DNA from: an uncultured Deinococcales bacterium
GTDB taxonomy: Bacteria > Deinococcota > Deinococci > Deinococcales > JAAFIG01
DNA: 16,950 nt
Direction: 5' to 3'
Assembly: GCA_964247135.1 (NCBI GenBank)
Contig: CAXTTL010000097.1
Location: 1-16,950 of the forward strand
Shown here piece after piece: positions 15,010 to 16,950 of this stretch. The notes below the pieces were generated by a model. That model was not told the origin of the DNA. It worked only from the letters and a program-made list of their open reading frames with translations, and searched no databases. Numbering within the stretch: the first letter of the stretch is position 1; every line of letters begins with the position of its first letter. The position numbers and the translations under genes were made by a program.

Positions 15010-16950
15010 ATGAACGATTTGGTGGGCAAAACATTAGGTCATTACCGACTCGAGGGCGAACTTCGCACCGGCAGCACTGGGCAAATGTTCCGAGGGGTTG
15101 ACACCCTCAATTCCCGCCCGGTGGCGATCAAGGTCTTACAATCCAACGGTTTGGTCGGCAATTTAAGACAAGAATTTATCGGTAAAATTCGTCAACTTGG
15201 GGCGTTAAAGCACCCACACATCGTCGAGGTTTTTGAAATTGGCGAAGAGAACGACAATGTTTTCTTGGCGATGGAATTTATTTCCGGCGGGTCACTCTCC
15301 ACCCTCTTGCAACGCAACACCCGCGCCAACACCCTGCTCGAGTTGCCCGTGGCATTGGGCTTGATGTACCAAGCCGCCGATGCGCTCTCATATGCCCATA
15401 AAAACGGCGTGATTCACGGCGACCTGAACCCAGAGAACATGCTGGTCAACTCGCAATCTGGCACAGGCTCGAGGGCTTATAATTTAAAGGTTGGCGATTT
15501 TGGGCTTTCAAAACTGAGCGCCGACCGCGCCATGTCGTTTGATGACCTGGTGATCGGCTCACCAGCCTACATGTCGCCAGAGCAATGCCAAGGTTTGGCG
15601 CTGACCGCCGCCTCGGATTTGTACTCGCTGGGCATCGTAATTTACGAAACCCTGACCACCGTTTTACCCTTTGAAGTCAAAAACCTCGGCGAAGCCGCGA
15701 TCAAGCACCTGTACTCCGCGCCACGCTCCCCCAGGGAAATCCGTCCCGAGATTCCGGAGGAACTCGAGGGGCTGATCATGCGCCTGCTCGCCAAAAACCC
15801 CAATGACCGTTACGCCAGCACCGACGAGGTTCGTGACGCCTTGCAGGGCATCCTCGAGCGCATCGAACCCCAAGGTCCAACGCCCACGCTGGTCTTGCCC
15901 GATGTCGGCAGCGAACCCAAACCGCCAAACATTGCCGCGCTGCCAGACACGTCCGAGTCAACGCGCATTACTTTGGCAGACCAATCGGGAAGAATTATCA
16001 AAGTCTTGACCGTACCCAGTGAAGGTTTACGCTTTGGGCGCACCGATCAAAACGACGTGCAACTCGATTCGGAAATGGTCTCAAGGTATCATTTACGCAT
16101 CGACACCCAAGCGCAACGCATCGTCGTGACCGACCTCGGCTCGAGCAACGGCACGATGATGGACGGTCAAAAGCTTGACGTGCAAAAACCCACCGCCTGG
16201 GCGTTTCGCAGCATCTTGCACGTCGGTCCGTTCTGGTTACGCCTTGACGCGCCCACCGCCGCCAGCGCCAAAAACGTGATTGGACTGGTCTTAAACGAAG
16301 ACAAACTGACCGTCGCGCCAGGGCAGGTTGGCGTCTTGCGCGTGACGGTGGGCAACATGGGGCGCATCGTCGATCACTTTACGTTTTCTGCCGACGGCAT
16401 TCCCGCAACTTGGTTGCATGGTCCCGAAAACCCAGTGCAACTCAACCCAGGTTCGCAAGCCCCAGTCGCGTTATCGATTGTCGTGCCGCGCTCGAGCGAA
16501 GCCGTGAGCGGCACCCGAAGCGTGACGATTCGCGCCCACTCGAGGGAATTTCCCGAAGCCCTGGCAACCTCGAAGGTGGCATTGACGGTACTGCCGTTTG
16601 CCATGAGCAGCCTGAGTTTAAAACCCAACAAACGCACCGTCAGGCGCAGCACCCAGTTTGTGGCAACCCTCAAAAACCAGGGCAATACCGCTCTGGATTA
16701 TTACCTGCAGACCGAAGAGGAAGAACCGCGCCTCAAATTTCATTTCTCCGAACCGGTTGTGGCGCTCGAGCCAGGTCAAAGCCGCGATGTGATTTTAAAA
16801 ACCACCGCGCCCTTAAGGATTCTGGGCGCAGCCCAACAGCGACCGTTCACCCTTTCGGCTCGAGCCAGCGGCAGCCACAAAAACCTGCCCGACGATGCCC
16901 AGACCGAAAATAAAACGGGATTGAACGCCAGAGAAATGCTGGTGAACGCC
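15010..16950 (+). CDS. Hanks-type Ser/Thr protein kinase(-like) - FHA - tandem Ig-like beta-sandwich protein, 3'-truncated by the window (>647 aa)
   Basis: Manual translation from ATG15010 (AAGGGG upstream) has no stop to the window end. Kinase: MNDLVGKTLGHYRL..VAIKVL..LKHPHIV..AMEFISGGSL..IHGDLNPENML..KVGDFGL..GSPAYMSPEQ..SDLYSLG..LLAKNPNDRY. FHA ~16030-16245: FGR..VSRYHL..DLGSSNGT. Then LTVAPGQ..VTVGNMGRIVDHF..VQLNPG and LKNQGNT..VALEPGQ. Confidence 0.92.
   Translation, partial: MNDLVGKTLGHYRLEGELRTGSTGQMFRGVDTLNSRPVAIKVLQSNGLVGNLRQEFIGKIRQLGALKHPHIVEVFEIGEENDNVFLAMEFISGGSLSTLLQRNTRANTLLELPVALGLMYQAADALSYAHKNGVIHGDLNPENMLVNSQSGTGSRAYNLKVGDFGLSKLSADRAMSFDDLVIGSPAYMSPEQCQGLALTAASDLYSLGIVIYETLTTVLPFEVKNLGEAAIKHLYSAPRSPREIRPEIPEELEGLIMRLLAKNPNDRYASTDEVRDALQGILERIEPQGPTPTLVLPDVGSEPKPPNIAALPDTSESTRITLADQSGRIIKVLTVPSEGLRFGRTDQNDVQLDSEMVSRYHLRIDTQAQRIVVTDLGSSNGTMMDGQKLDVQKPTAWAFRSILHVGPFWLRLDAPTAASAKNVIGLVLNEDKLTVAPGQVGVLRVTVGNMGRIVDHFTFSADGIPATWLHGPENPVQLNPGSQAPVALSIVVPRSSEAVSGTRSVTIRAHSREFPEALATSKVALTVLPFAMSSLSLKPNKRTVRRSTQFVATLKNQGNTALDYYLQTEEEEPRLKFHFSEPVVALEPGQSRDVILKTTAPLRILGAAQQRPFTLSARASGSHKNLPDDAQTENKTGLNAREMLVNA

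Noticed and set aside
15664-16913. Short ORFs listed in the track in this region, and other antisense/alternate-frame ORFs across the window
   Set aside because: They are shadows of the long kinase frame or of well-supported CDSs and have no recognisable motifs.

Overview
The left ~2.1 kb holds housekeeping-type genes on the + strand: the 3' part of a sensor histidine kinase, an RluB-like pseudouridine synthase and a Uma2 nuclease-fold gene. From 14383 down to 2131 on the - strand is a phage-tail-like contractile injection system (eCIS/CIS, Afp/PVC-type) structural operon. Its order is sheath, tube, putative assembly chaperone, an unannotated 48-aa ORF, second tube, a 910-aa DUF4157/low-complexity protein, LysM tube initiator, VgrG-like spike, PAAR, gp25, baseplate J, and a P2 gpI-like baseplate protein fused to an N-terminal FHA domain. 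No capsid, terminase, T6SS membrane complex, tail fibre or toxin-immunity pair is visible. Divergent from the operon, and absent from the ORF track because it runs off the window, is a >647-aa Hanks-type Ser/Thr kinase-FHA-Ig-like protein with several non-canonical catalytic residues. The FHA-baseplate plus kinase-FHA pair suggests a phosphorylation-gated CIS (inference). Independently, the palindrome CTCGAG occurs about 100 times (manual count), and a conserved ~37-nt structured module is nested in the loops of three REP-like hairpins. Leaderless-type promoters and the CTCGAG bias hint at a Deinococcota host, which is inference only.
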